A DNA stretch of 59,633 bases, taken from a virus (Duplodnaviria > Caudoviricetes). The DNA lies in the IMG/VR virus record IMGVR_UViG_3300003969_000012, positions 1 through 59,633 of that record, one strand, 5' to 3'. Made by a program: the position numbers and the translations under genes. Shown piece after piece: positions 11,116-20,651 of the stretch. How positions within the stretch are numbered: the first letter of the stretch is position 1; each line of letters starts with the position of its first letter. The notes under the pieces were generated by a model. That model had not been told where the DNA came from. It worked only from the letters and a program-made list of their open reading frames with translations, and searched no databases.

Positions 11116-12198
11116 TTAATTGCGACGTTGACCGGATTTCAACGACATGCGTTGGACCTTTTTGTCGAGCTCCTGCACAGCTGCGAGGGTCACGCCCACC
11201 ATGCTGATCAGGTCTACCTTTTTTCCATTCGGTGCAGCCTTGTCACCAAGAGCGGCCTTTACGGACTGCGCCATAGGCCCAATGTGCTTACCACTGTCGG
11301 CCACACCTCTCTTATATTTCCAAGACTCCACCGGCATCTTTCGAGCAGCAGCCAAAGCGATGTCAGTTTTAAGTTTTTTGCGATTGGTTTTTTTGTTTTT
11401 GTCGGATAGCGCATAGATAGCTGCTCCTGCTTTACCAAGTTCAGCGATGTCGCCCAGAGAAGTTCCTTGGGTTTTGCTGGCGTTGTATTGGCCAAGCAAT
11501 AAGTTACCAGCAGAACTGTTGACACCGGCCGCTGCACTTCCAGTTTGGTTCATACCGCTGACCTGCTGCGCTGTGATGTTTCCCGGCACTTGAGCATTCC
11601 CTACGGCAGAGTTACCAGCCTGCAAACCAAGCTGGGTTTGTGTGGCGTTGGTTGTAGCGATACCGCGTCCAAGAGCGGCAGCATCTGCCACTTTTGCAGC
11701 GCCCACGGCCTCTACGTTCTTTCGTGCCTGATTGCCAGCAGCTGCCTTTGCCGCGGCTTCACGCACACTAGCGTTTGCCAAGCTGGCAGTGAAGTTTCCG
11801 CTGTTGACGTCACCACCTCGGCTGGCAACATCGCGTGCCAGCGTTATCCTGGCGGCATCACCAGCGCTACCAATGTCGGCCTGCGCTTGTGCGGCCTCGG
11901 CATCGCGGCGAGCCTGCGTGTCGTAGCCCAGCGCATCGCTGGCAATCTTCTGCTCCAATGGGCGAAACGTGGACTTGGTGTAGTCGTAAGTTTCGTCAGC
12001 CATGGCGTTTTGCTTCTTGGCCGTCTCAGTCTGAACCTTGGCCTGATCCATTGCCAGCTGGATAGCTTGATCGCGTGCAGGCTTGGATTCGGCATCCTTC
12101 TCGCGGTAGTACTTCAGCATCTCTTTGCTTATCTCGACGTTAGCCAGTGCGGCTTGGCCGATGGCTGGATCTGGAGCGGGAGCGGAAGAAGAGCACAT
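11116..12198 (-). CDS. Ala/Gly-rich ejection (pilot-like) protein with C-terminal Peptidase_S74-like autocleaving chaperone domain
   Basis: Starts MCSSSAPAPDP; C-terminal SDKNKKTN..WKYK..HIGPMAQ matches the S74 signature. Confidence 0.65.
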   Translation of the reverse strand: MCSSSAPAPDPAIGQAALANVEISKEMLKYYREKDAESKPARDQAIQLAMDQAKVQTETAKKQNAMADETYDYTKSTFRPLEQKIASDALGYDTQARRDAEAAQAQADIGSAGDAARITLARDVASRGGDVNSGNFTASLANASVREAAAKAAAGNQARKNVEAVGAAKVADAAALGRGIATTNATQTQLGLQAGNSAVGNAQVPGNITAQQVSGMNQTGSAAAGVNSSAGNLLLGQYNASKTQGTSLGDIAELGKAGAAIYALSDKNKKTNRKKLKTDIALAAARKMPVESWKYKRGVADSGKHIGPMAQSVKAALGDKAAPNGKKVDLISMVGVTLAAVQELDKKVQRMSLKSGQRRN

Positions 12199-12199
12199 A

Positions 12200-12802
12200 T
12201 CAATCTCCTAAGTGTTTATGAAACAGGTTGCCAACGTGGCGGTAACCAAGGTATTCGTTGAGGCGGCCAACCTGGTTAACCACCTTGCTGTCTGTGTAGA
12301 TGTCCTGCACACCCAGTGAACGCACGCAGGATTCCATGTACTGCCAGAAGCGGATGGCCGCAAATCCCCGCCGATGGGCTGACAGGATGAAGAAGGTGTC
12401 TTCCCGACATTCCAGCGTCTGGTCATGCCGACTGGTGTAGACGTACATGCGGATGTTTCCCACCAGAGCTCCGGCGCTATTGCGCGCCGTGAACTGAATC
12501 AAGCGCCCTGCCCGCTCGTCTGCCTTGAAGGCTTCATAGTCGGGGAGCATCTGACGACCGTTGCGATGCTTTTCAGTCTCACACCAATGAGCTTGATGTA
12601 GCGGGTGAATCTCAGCCTGAATGTCAGCAATTCGCTCTACTTGAAACGTGAGGTCGCGGTAACTCTTGGGCTGAAACTGACCGATGTCGATGCCTTGGTT
12701 GTAGCGGTCAAAGGCATGCGCTTCCAGCCAGGCACAAAGTTCAGGCGTGACTGTTTCACCGAGCTTGCTGGCAAGCGCGGCGCGAAAGGTATTGAGGCTC
12801 AT
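12200..12802 (-). CDS. GNAT-like virion assembly protein
   Basis: EDTFFILSAHRRG..V..L.EYLGY resembles GNAT motifs A/B; position equivalent to T7 gp13/P22 gp14. Confidence 0.55.
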   Translation of the reverse strand: MSLNTFRAALASKLGETVTPELCAWLEAHAFDRYNQGIDIGQFQPKSYRDLTFQVERIADIQAEIHPLHQAHWCETEKHRNGRQMLPDYEAFKADERAGRLIQFTARNSAGALVGNIRMYVYTSRHDQTLECREDTFFILSAHRRGFAAIRFWQYMESCVRSLGVQDIYTDSKVVNQVGRLNEYLGYRHVGNLFHKHLGD

Positions 12803-12996
12803 CCTTGGATACGCTCGAGCAGAGCGTTTAACCTAGCAATCTGTTCGGCAGTAGTGGCCGTTGCAGATAGTGGAAGCAGCTTCACCGAGTTCTTTTGTTG
12901 CCCGGTGATGCTGTCAACGTTCTGCTTCACGGCTTCAGCAAAGCGATCGATGTCCGGAATTCCGCTGTTGACTGGTGGGATAGCGACTTTGCTCAT
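12799..12996 (-). CDS. Small virion-associated hypothetical protein
   Basis: 65 aa, translationally coupled to both neighbours (ATGA overlaps). Confidence 0.6.
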   Translation of the reverse strand: MSKVAIPPVNSGIPDIDRFAEAVKQNVDSITGQQKNSVKLLPLSATATTAEQIARLNALLERIQG

Positions 12997-15008
12997 ACAG
13001 AAGCCTGCTTCAGTTCGGCCATGCCCTGAGCCATATTGATGCTGTAGACCGGAACGGTAGTGGAAATCTCTACAGCCTGAACGTCAGACTTGAAGTGACC
13101 GGGCAATCGGAATGGTGCGCTTGATGTCACCTTCTTCGTAAATGCAGGAACTCCATCTACGATCAACGTGAACTGGATCGTCGGCTCTGTAACGTCCGGA
13201 ACAGGCTTAAGCGCAGAACCCGCTACTGGATAAATGCCAATGGCAGAACAAGCAATTCCGCCTCCGACATTGTTGATATCAGTCAGCAAGGCAGTATTGG
13301 CATCAAGGATGGTTGTGTCGACATCTTGAATGTCTTCAAACTTGGCCTGAACTTGCGCAACACTGAAGTTTATGGACTTACCAAGTTGATATTCTTTGGA
13401 AGTCCAGTACGCGGTGAATCGTTTGCTGTCGTCAGAATCCCATTCGCTGATTCTGTTGACTTGACCGACATAGAGTTTTCCATCCCATGGGTTCGTGTAC
13501 AGGGCATCCAACTGCACGTTGAACTCCACAACGCTATCGGGCTCTTTGGTGTTAAGTGAAAACACCAAGCCTTGCGCGTCCGTATCGTGCATGGCGTAGT
13601 AAGTGCTGTCTTGGAAGGTGGCCTTGAATGATGCGGGCTTGAGCAATTGCCATTCAGGAAACGTGTACAGGTCAGCAGTCAAATTGCGAACACCGGATGT
13701 CGTCGCCACATAGAGTCCATCATGACTGGGGTAAATGGCTCCTGACCCGATGTCAACCACACCGCGCTTCGCAACACATGGCGCCAGAGTGTCGCCCGGT
13801 ATTTTGGTCAAGGTCGCTGCTTCTGGTACAGATGCAGTAGCAACCAATGGGTAGTTATCAGTCAAGACAATCACGGCATTGCCGGCGGCCACCAACGCGA
13901 TGCCAACGCCCGGAAATGAATATCTGTTGCTGACAGGCCAAGAGTAAGGCTTGCCCTGTTCTGAGAGGCAGAGTTGATTCCCAGCCAAAGCAGCCATAAC
14001 CCCATTGGCCAGCAAAACAAGGCTATGGGCGTTCTTCAGCGGTGGCAGTGTGTCCAGTGTGGATATGCCTGCATTCAAGGAAACAGTCGTAGCTGGAACT
14101 GTGTCGCTGTACGTAGTGTTGGCGACGGGTATCTCTGCAACAAGCCTGTAGTCTGTATTGGTACCGATAGTGCGGTAGATGCACTTGGTCATGGACGCGA
14201 CGTTGTGTGGAGCCCGTCGTGCCCATGTGCCGCCTGACACGTATGTCTGGGAGGTAGAAAGAGAGACAACCACTTTGTTTGTGGCTGGGTCCACGCTCTC
14301 GAGCTTGAACTTCCCATTCAAGTCCGTCATGCCGGTGACAGCACTGAACACCACTTCCTCAGCCCCTGCGAGACCGAACACCGAGTTAAGGGTTACCTGA
14401 ACTTGGCCGATCAGCGGAGAGTCTTTGACAGCAGCTGACACTGTTCCGCTGTTGGGCGGTGCAGGATCCATACCGCTGATGTTCCAAGAACCATCTACCT
14501 TGCCAGTCTTCAGCGTCGCAGGGCTAGGGCCGGACTCTTCGCCGTAGCGATTTCGAAAGGTGTAGACATAGCTACGGTCTTCGTTAGCACCAGTACCACC
14601 AACTACTGCGATGGACATCGCACTCACCGGGGACGCGACGCCAAGCACATACCACGTGCTTGGATAGGGGCCGCCTCCGCTGATGGCATCGGCATAAGTA
14701 CTCATTCTGGGTTCGCCATCACCACTGAAATAGAACCTTCCCAGGGAATCTTGAGCCACTGGCGAGCGAGCTACATCGACCGCTGAATTCCAAACGAGCC
14801 AGTTATCCTCGGTTTGAAACCGATAGCGATACATCGTTGCGATCTGATTGGCCAAGGATGTATGCACTAGTCCTAGACCCATAAGCGGATCTAGCCGACC
14901 TGACGTAATCTTGCAGTTAAGCGCTTGCTGAGCAATGCTGTCAGAAATCAGCCGTTTGGAAGTGCGAGGTCGGGTGCCTCTGAAAGATTGAATTGCAACG
15001 CCAGTCAT
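12993..15008 (-). CDS. Tail nozzle / tail tubular protein B-like (beta-rich)
   Basis: 671 aa, beta-rich; I.SFRG..PR start and YVYTFRNRYGEESGPSP motif typical of podovirus stabilisation proteins; position upstream of ejection genes. Confidence 0.6.
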   Translation of the reverse strand: MTGVAIQSFRGTRPRTSKRLISDSIAQQALNCKITSGRLDPLMGLGLVHTSLANQIATMYRYRFQTEDNWLVWNSAVDVARSPVAQDSLGRFYFSGDGEPRMSTYADAISGGGPYPSTWYVLGVASPVSAMSIAVVGGTGANEDRSYVYTFRNRYGEESGPSPATLKTGKVDGSWNISGMDPAPPNSGTVSAAVKDSPLIGQVQVTLNSVFGLAGAEEVVFSAVTGMTDLNGKFKLESVDPATNKVVVSLSTSQTYVSGGTWARRAPHNVASMTKCIYRTIGTNTDYRLVAEIPVANTTYSDTVPATTVSLNAGISTLDTLPPLKNAHSLVLLANGVMAALAGNQLCLSEQGKPYSWPVSNRYSFPGVGIALVAAGNAVIVLTDNYPLVATASVPEAATLTKIPGDTLAPCVAKRGVVDIGSGAIYPSHDGLYVATTSGVRNLTADLYTFPEWQLLKPASFKATFQDSTYYAMHDTDAQGLVFSLNTKEPDSVVEFNVQLDALYTNPWDGKLYVGQVNRISEWDSDDSKRFTAYWTSKEYQLGKSINFSVAQVQAKFEDIQDVDTTILDANTALLTDINNVGGGIACSAIGIYPVAGSALKPVPDVTEPTIQFTLIVDGVPAFTKKVTSSAPFRLPGHFKSDVQAVEISTTVPVYSINMAQGMAELKQASV

Positions 15009-15041
15009 ATTGATCCGTGGAGTGATTTGTCTGGGAAGGTC

Positions 15042-15386
15042 TCAACTACTTGAAGGCCCGTTGAAGTGCTTGCACACGTGCAGACCGTGGGCCCATAGAT
15101 CAATGCTCAATGCCAGCAGGACAGCGCACAGCCATGCCGTGGATATGAGCGCTTTGTGCACATCGCCCATAGCGGCGCAGTGAATCACCCCCACCGAGGC
15201 CGCAACGCCGCACGCAATGAGCAGACCCACGTGCCACGGCGCTGCGCCGGGCTGGAGGAAGTTGGCAGTACAGATAAGGTGGACTGCAGCGGCAAGTCCG
15301 AGGGCCGCGAGCATGATGCGCACAAGTACGTATTGCAGTGCAGCAGCATCAAAGACTGACCACTGAATTTCAAGCAACTCAGGCAT
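15042..15386 (-). CDS. Membrane protein, holin/antiholin candidate
   Basis: 114 aa with three hydrophobic segments; overlaps the upstream holin-like gene. Confidence 0.45.
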   Translation of the reverse strand: MPELLEIQWSVFDAAALQYVLVRIMLAALGLAAAVHLICTANFLQPGAAPWHVGLLIACGVAASVGVIHCAAMGDVHKALISTAWLCAVLLALSIDLWAHGLHVCKHFNGPSSS

Positions 15387-15750
15387 TGGTTTTCTCCTGA
15401 ATCTTCTTCATCGCGAGCGGCACGATCCAAGGCCATAGGCACGACAGCACGAGGGCCATCACATAGCCGTCAGCTAGCTTTGGATTGATGTACTCGCCTA
15501 CCGCCACGGCCGCCAGCGGAGCGACGATGCCGCCCATGCTGATGCTGATAGCCGCATTGACAATCGCGTCAGGCCGGGTTGTTGGCGGGCGCTTGACGTA
15601 GACCACCGCAGCTCCGAAGCCGCCGATGATCCAGGGCCAAGGGTCTGCACCGACGATGGTTGCAGTGGCTCCAGCGGCAAGTGCAGTAGCACCTGCAGCG
15701 GCGTTTTTACTGCACAGCAATGCAGCCAGGATGGTGAGTAATTTTTTCAT
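15379..15750 (-). CDS. Putative holin
   Basis: ATG at 15750 (MKKLLTIL..), coupled to upstream stop; multiple TM segments and basic C-terminus KKIQEK. Confidence 0.55.
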   Translation of the reverse strand: MKKLLTILAALLCSKNAAAGATALAAGATATIVGADPWPWIIGGFGAAVVYVKRPPTTRPDAIVNAAISISMGGIVAPLAAVAVGEYINPKLADGYVMALVLSCLWPWIVPLAMKKIQEKTNA

Positions 15751-16322
15751 GGTGCTGCTTGTGTTGACTCTTGATAGATCGCTGGCCAGCCGCCGGAGAA
15801 GTCGTAGGCTGATGGATCGGCGCTGGCTTGCATGGCCGCGCGGTGCGCTTCGGCTGCAGCAAAAGTGGCTGCCTCTTGTGCTGCCCCTGCAGCGAAGATG
15901 GCTTGCGCAAGGGCTGGAGTCATGGTGACGAAGGTGCCGTCCATCGTTTTCCAGTCGATGCCAGATGGCAGGCCCGCGCCCAGGATGACCATGCCTAGCT
16001 GCTGGGTGCGGGATTTGACGTCGGAGTGAAACCACTTTGTGGCTCCGCCGATTTGCACAGGGAAGCCGCCGGCGTCTGATCGGTGGTCGCGCTCTGCTTT
16101 GATGAGGGCCCAGACTTGAGCTGGAGTAGCTGCTGGTGGCGGCACAAATGGCGCGATTGGGCCATGGTCTCCCGCTATCAATGCTGCAAATATGTCACGT
16201 CCGTGCTGCTCAGGATCGTCCTCGCTGGCGGTGAATGGAATCCAGCCGTATTCTTGGTGCTCTATTTGGCAGTTGATCAGTGTTTGCTGGGCATTGGCCC
16301 AGATTAGGTTGGTGATGGTCAT
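15747..16322 (-). CDS. Tail fibre assembly protein (DUF4376-like)
   Basis: W.N......INC.I.H..YGWIPFTAS.DD...HGR.IF N-terminus; IKAERD..GG..WFHSD..SR.Q..WKTMDGTFV..YDFSGGWP. Confidence 0.7.
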   Translation of the reverse strand: MTITNLIWANAQQTLINCQIEHQEYGWIPFTASEDDPEQHGRDIFAALIAGDHGPIAPFVPPPAATPAQVWALIKAERDHRSDAGGFPVQIGGATKWFHSDVKSRTQQLGMVILGAGLPSGIDWKTMDGTFVTMTPALAQAIFAAGAAQEAATFAAAEAHRAAMQASADPSAYDFSGGWPAIYQESTQAAP

Positions 16323-16331
16323 GGGGTTTCC

Positions 16332-17288
16332 TTATGCGATGCGGAGCCAGAGGGTTGCAAAATTCATGTAGCCTCCACCTACGTCGCCGCTTTTTGGATA
16401 AAAACTGCCCATGCAACGCCAGGTCCCACTAAACGTAGGCCCGCCGCCCGCGGTAACGCCTCCATTGACGGTTTGACCGTCCTTCCACGGAGCGCCAACC
16501 GCTTGGAGTCCACTACCGGCCCTTTGGGAACCAGCGACTATTTCGGTTGTCGATTCACTATCAGGGTAGGTGGGACGTGCAAACGCATAAGTTCCCACGC
16601 CACCCACCGCAGCCGCCGCCGCCGTGGCTGAAAGCACATCGGAACTTGGGATGCCATATCCAGCGAGCGAGGACGGCTTGCCCGAGATACCCGACCACGG
16701 GGCTGCCAATGCAGCACCACTTCCATCGCCTGCGGCAGCGCCAATAGCTGCTCGCGCGGCTGCTGCGTCTGCCGCCGTGGCGATGCTATTTCCAATCGTA
16801 GAAAAGCCTAAAGCTGCTCGCGCTGCGGCTGCATTCGCTGCAGTGACAATCGCGTTACCGATGGTGGAAATTCCTAGGGCTGTTCTACTGATTGCAGCAT
16901 CTGCTGATGCCAGTACGCCTCTCCAGAATGAAGAGGTGCCTGAGCCCAGATCAATAGCTGCTGAGATGTCATCAGCAGTAATCCGCACTTCTACGATTGA
17001 ACCTGCAAGAAAAGTCTTTGCCGTAGTTCCTTCTTGGCCGCGAATGCAGTTTGTCAATGTCGCTGATCCCGAGGCTCTAGTTCGCACATAGACAATCTCA
17101 ATTTCACCAGTGTTGTCTTGGAGAACAACCTTGAACCAGTCTTTACCAGCGGTAGGGATAGGACTGGTGCCCGTGTCTGCAACCGGAAAAAGATCGGCTT
17201 TAGATGCATCAAGAGTGATGCTCGTTGACGTCCCAATAATCCCGGACATCAATACCGATCTTGCGGCGTTCTTTAGTTTTTGAGGCAT
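16332..17288 (-). CDS. Tail fibre protein
   Basis: N-terminal EIVYV..R....LT...RGQEGTTA..F.AGS.VEVRITA anchor; A/G-rich AAAARAALG repeats; C-terminal VGTYAF..GTWRCMG..TLWLRIA tip; followed by assembly chaperone. Confidence 0.75.
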   Translation of the reverse strand: MPQKLKNAARSVLMSGIIGTSTSITLDASKADLFPVADTGTSPIPTAGKDWFKVVLQDNTGEIEIVYVRTRASGSATLTNCIRGQEGTTAKTFLAGSIVEVRITADDISAAIDLGSGTSSFWRGVLASADAAISRTALGISTIGNAIVTAANAAAARAALGFSTIGNSIATAADAAAARAAIGAAAGDGSGAALAAPWSGISGKPSSLAGYGIPSSDVLSATAAAAAVGGVGTYAFARPTYPDSESTTEIVAGSQRAGSGLQAVGAPWKDGQTVNGGVTAGGGPTFSGTWRCMGSFYPKSGDVGGGYMNFATLWLRIA

Positions 17289-17306
17289 ATGGAAATCCTG
17301 CAACTG

Positions 17307-17332
17307 AAAAAAGAAAACCCGCCGAAGCGGGT
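17307..17332 (-). terminator. Rho-independent terminator
   Basis: Minus strand ACCCGC-TTCG-GCGGGT followed by TTTCTTTTTT. Confidence 0.8.
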
Positions 17333-17357
17333 CTATTGCTAACTCTGCCGGTTCACT

Positions 17358-17777
17358 TCATTGATGCAAAGTCACCAGCAACATCTCAGGCGTAACCCGC
17401 CCCTGCGGCGCCCGCCCAGTCATAGCCAGCCAGCACCACTCGAAGCAGTACATCCAGTCATCGCGCCCAGCTCGCAGACCGACAAACGCAAGCAAGCCGA
17501 TCCAGTCGTAGTGCGCGCCTTCGTGCTTCAAGAAAAGCCAGATCGCGTGCAGATCGTTGGAGTTGGGTACATCGAACAGATCCCACTTTTCCGGCTCCCA
17601 TTCACCAGCTGGGACTTTGTGCAGTCCGTGGGCTGCGTTTGCGTGGTACAGATCGCCATCAATGACAATGCCGCCGTGGCAATACTGACTGACTAGACGT
17701 GCGCGAATAGCTGCACATGCAAAACGCTGTGCTGCGCTTGCGCCATCGGGTGCGTTTTTACGTAGTGCGAGTTTCAT
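17358..17777 (-). CDS. Permuted papain-like (NlpC/P60, YiiX-like) amidase/peptidase
   Basis: Start MKLALRK at 17777; His before Cys order: SQYCHGGIV ... YDWIGLL ... WMYCFEW. Confidence 0.65.
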   Translation of the reverse strand: MKLALRKNAPDGASAAQRFACAAIRARLVSQYCHGGIVIDGDLYHANAAHGLHKVPAGEWEPEKWDLFDVPNSNDLHAIWLFLKHEGAHYDWIGLLAFVGLRAGRDDWMYCFEWCWLAMTGRAPQGRVTPEMLLVTLHQ

Positions 17778-17964
17778 GACGTTTTGAGAAAAAGATGCGC
17801 AGCGCATACAGCCACGCCAACCTCAACACAAAGAACCAGGCGCTCATGACGATGCCTTGTTGCGCGCTGATCTGAACGCCTGCAATGTGGCCGACAACCG
17901 GAATCGACAGCCAGCCGAAGCACATGATCCCGAGCGACGCTATGAGGGCTTCAAGAAACTTCAA
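17758..17964 (-). CDS. Small two-TM membrane protein
   Basis: 68 aa, two hydrophobic helices, basic C-terminus (LRIFFSKR); start codon uncertain. Confidence 0.5.
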   Translation of the reverse strand: MKFLEALIASLGIMCFGWLSIPVVGHIAGVQISAQQGIVMSAWFFVLRLAWLYALRIFFSKRHETRTT

Positions 17965-18391
17965 GCTGCACCCCTTTCACTACTTTGAGCCCCAGATGCT
18001 CAGTAGCTTGTTGCCAGCGGCAGGTGTAGACGCGGCACGCTGAGAAAAGGGCCTGCACGGTTGCCAGTGGCACCGGCTGATTGGCTTCGGCAGCCAAGGC
18101 CACGACTTGATCTGGGTGGCCTGCACAATTCTCTGGGCGCGGGCCGGTGCGGTCTTCTTCCGGCGTCGCATCCCAAATCTCTGCGTCATGCAGCGGCAGC
18201 AGATCAGCGAATGAACCCCAGATGCAGCCCGAGCTGATGTAGTGAGTCGGGGGTCTGCCGCTGTCGGGTGACAGCTCTGTGACCCACATGCCAGTGCCAG
18301 ATTCGCCCGGCGCTGCGGCTGCGGCCAGCGCACGAGCGAGCGGCGCAAAAGCTGCAGGCACGACCATTACGCGGTGCTGCCATTCCGTCAT
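17951..18391 (-). CDS. Hypothetical protein (fibre-associated)
   Basis: 146 aa, coupled to the spike-fibre gene; PPTHYISSG motif. Confidence 0.55.
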   Translation of the reverse strand: MTEWQHRVMVVPAAFAPLARALAAAAAPGESGTGMWVTELSPDSGRPPTHYISSGCIWGSFADLLPLHDAEIWDATPEEDRTGPRPENCAGHPDQVVALAAEANQPVPLATVQALFSACRVYTCRWQQATEHLGLKVVKGVQLEVS

Positions 18392-20649
18392 ACAACCCCC
18401 TGAATGCCAAATTGCTTGGCGAGTGCTTTGCGGATCTTTGTGCGGTTTGCATCGGTCTGAGCGGGGCAGATCAAGACTGCAAAATGCCGCCCCTGAAACC
18501 CGAAGCCCGAGCCGTTGCCTGCGTAGTTGCCAATCCGGATTCCATAGAAAGCGGACAAGTCGAGGTTTGTGGCCTGCACGATTGCCCTGCTCACAGAAGT
18601 CACAGCTGTATAAATCTCTGCACGTGTCGGGTTCTCCGTTCCACCAGCAAGCACACCATTCACAGAGAATGATGCATTCGCTGTTGCCGCGCCGTCAGCT
18701 CGCTGCCGCAGACTGCTGCCGGACTGCAGGGTGCCGAAGTAGCGACTGCCGCCGACAATGGGGTCATCGACAAGCACTGCAGATTCCTCGCCAGCGGCAA
18801 GCGAACACACGACCCATGCGTCCATCGACGTGCCGAAAGTTCCAACAGCAAAGTTGGACGACATGCCGTCGTCAAGACCGTCGAAGTTGAGCGCCAGATA
18901 GCTCGACTGCCAGTCGTAATCGGCGGCGGTGGTGACGCGCTGATAAGGCGTTGCGGCAGGCGCTAACTCGCACTGTGCGCCAAACTCATAAAAACCGGAT
19001 GCACCGTCCCCCGCGTATATGTGCGATGACCCAAAAATTGGGCGAATTTGCCAGACGATAAAGTTTGAGCTTGGAACGAACGTGTGCGTGACAGAGACTC
19101 TGTACCAGCCATCCCCAACACTCTGAGCAGATGCTGCTCCGGTGGTGGCACCAGTTGCAAGATTTACTGTGCCTCCCCCCCGTAGCGTTTCAACGATTTC
19201 AACAGTCGTCCTGCCTGCGGCTTTCAAGTAGACAGAGAACGTGAATGTCTGCGTCGCGCCGACGACAATCGGGCTCACGACGATGAAGTTGCGATGTTCT
19301 TCGTTATTCGCAGACTCTACAAACTTCGATGCGGGACGCCCCAGCGGCGATAGCGTTCCATCTTGAACGATTGTTGCGCCGTTTTTTGTCCACGCCGCAT
19401 TCGCAAAATCTTCGCTGTATGTCAGCAGGTTCTTGCGCGCAGTCAGCGCCGGACGTGCTGCGCTTGTCGATTGCGCTGCGTGATTGCCGAGCACTTGACG
19501 AATTGACAAGTTGGAGATGGTGCCGGTGAAGGCGTTACCCCTGATGTACAGGACCGAGTTGGGGTCACCAGAGTTGTCGTAGCAGCGAACCGTGAACGGC
19601 CCGTTGCCCGACACCAACCGTGAATCTTGCGTGCCGTTCGTGACAGACACGTAAATCGAGCCCGCAGAATATCCAGTGATCACGCCGCTGACTTCGTAGC
19701 ACCCACGAGTCTCTGGTTGTGCTCCGCTTATGTAAATGAAGCCTTCAGCAGCAGCGCCAGTTGCCGTTGCTGATGCGAGCGTCCATGCCCCTGACAACAC
19801 TTGCCACGTGCCAAACCCGAGTCCCGGATTTCGCTCTGGGCCGAGGGGCAGGCCAAGCCGAGTGTCGAGCAGCAAGCCTGTCGGCTGCTCAATAGCCCCT
19901 GCATTGATGCCGGCCGCATCTTGAAACAGCGTCGGCGTAGCACCTGGATTTACAAGCGACCAATCGTAGTCCGACTCAGTTGTGACGCGCTGATATGACG
20001 TCGCAGCAGGGCCAAGCTCTACTTGCGCACCCCAGAATACTGCGGAGCCAGACGTAAGCCCCACAAGCGTTGTCCCATTTGCCGATGCCGCTGGATAAAG
20101 CTGGATCTGGAACAGATTGACCGGAGCGACAGTGACAATCAGGCGCCAATAGTCGCCAGCATCTGCCACCGCTGTTGAAACGGGCGCAATGTAGCCAGAG
20201 CCTGTGACGACAGATGCCACGCCTGTTGTCGTCTGCAAGATCACGCCGATTTGCGTCGTCGGGCCGGACCCTGTCACGACTTGAAGCAAAGGATGACTTG
20301 GCTGCGTACCCGTCGTCTTGCGAATGTAGACGCTGACTGTGTAGTTCAGGCTCGACTGGTACGCGATGTTTTGAGCGATGAGGTTGTAGACGCCAGTTGC
20401 GCTAACTCTGTCAGCCGTCTGTGTGCCAACTGGCGCGACAAAACCATTGCTATCGACCGTTACCGTGCCGTTGACGCGAATCCACGCAGCATTCGCAAAA
20501 TCTTCGCTGTATGTCAGCAAGTTCTTCCGCGCAGCAAGCACTGCACGATGCGACTCAGGCATCCAAAGCAGGCCCTGCTGACCCGCCTTGAAAATGTCAG
20601 TCAGCTTGAACGGCGGCAGCCCGCGAGGGCGCATGTTCATCAAGCTCAT
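18388..20649 (-). CDS. Head-spike/fibre-like adhesin with two repeated carbohydrate-binding-like modules
   Basis: 753 aa, beta-rich; module ARKNLLTYSEDFANAAW...GAQ.EL.PAAT.YQRVTT..DYDW occurs twice; C-terminal LNFDGLDD lectin-like region. Confidence 0.65.
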   Translation of the reverse strand: MSLMNMRPRGLPPFKLTDIFKAGQQGLLWMPESHRAVLAARKNLLTYSEDFANAAWIRVNGTVTVDSNGFVAPVGTQTADRVSATGVYNLIAQNIAYQSSLNYTVSVYIRKTTGTQPSHPLLQVVTGSGPTTQIGVILQTTTGVASVVTGSGYIAPVSTAVADAGDYWRLIVTVAPVNLFQIQLYPAASANGTTLVGLTSGSAVFWGAQVELGPAATSYQRVTTESDYDWSLVNPGATPTLFQDAAGINAGAIEQPTGLLLDTRLGLPLGPERNPGLGFGTWQVLSGAWTLASATATGAAAEGFIYISGAQPETRGCYEVSGVITGYSAGSIYVSVTNGTQDSRLVSGNGPFTVRCYDNSGDPNSVLYIRGNAFTGTISNLSIRQVLGNHAAQSTSAARPALTARKNLLTYSEDFANAAWTKNGATIVQDGTLSPLGRPASKFVESANNEEHRNFIVVSPIVVGATQTFTFSVYLKAAGRTTVEIVETLRGGGTVNLATGATTGAASAQSVGDGWYRVSVTHTFVPSSNFIVWQIRPIFGSSHIYAGDGASGFYEFGAQCELAPAATPYQRVTTAADYDWQSSYLALNFDGLDDGMSSNFAVGTFGTSMDAWVVCSLAAGEESAVLVDDPIVGGSRYFGTLQSGSSLRQRADGAATANASFSVNGVLAGGTENPTRAEIYTAVTSVSRAIVQATNLDLSAFYGIRIGNYAGNGSGFGFQGRHFAVLICPAQTDANRTKIRKALAKQFGIQGVV
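19389..19442. repeat. Direct repeat copy B (54 nt, 51/54 identical to 20481-20534)
   Basis: tccacgccgcattcgcaaaatcttcgctgtatgtcagcaggttcttgcgcgcag; 31-nt perfect core. Confidence 0.9.
20481..20534. repeat. Direct repeat copy A
   Basis: tccacgcagcattcgcaaaatcttcgctgtatgtcagcaagttcttccgcgcag. Confidence 0.9.
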
Positions 20650-20651
20650 GA

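Noticed and set aside
16700-16910. Repeated AAAARAALG-type units in the tail fibre as a special repeat system
   Set aside because: Ordinary fibre shaft repeats, degenerate at the DNA level
18388-20649. Diversity-generating retroelement (TR/VR pair) suggested by the repeats in the fibre gene
   Set aside because: No reverse transcriptase in the window; both copies are coding, only 54 nt long, and mismatches are synonymous rather than adenine-specific
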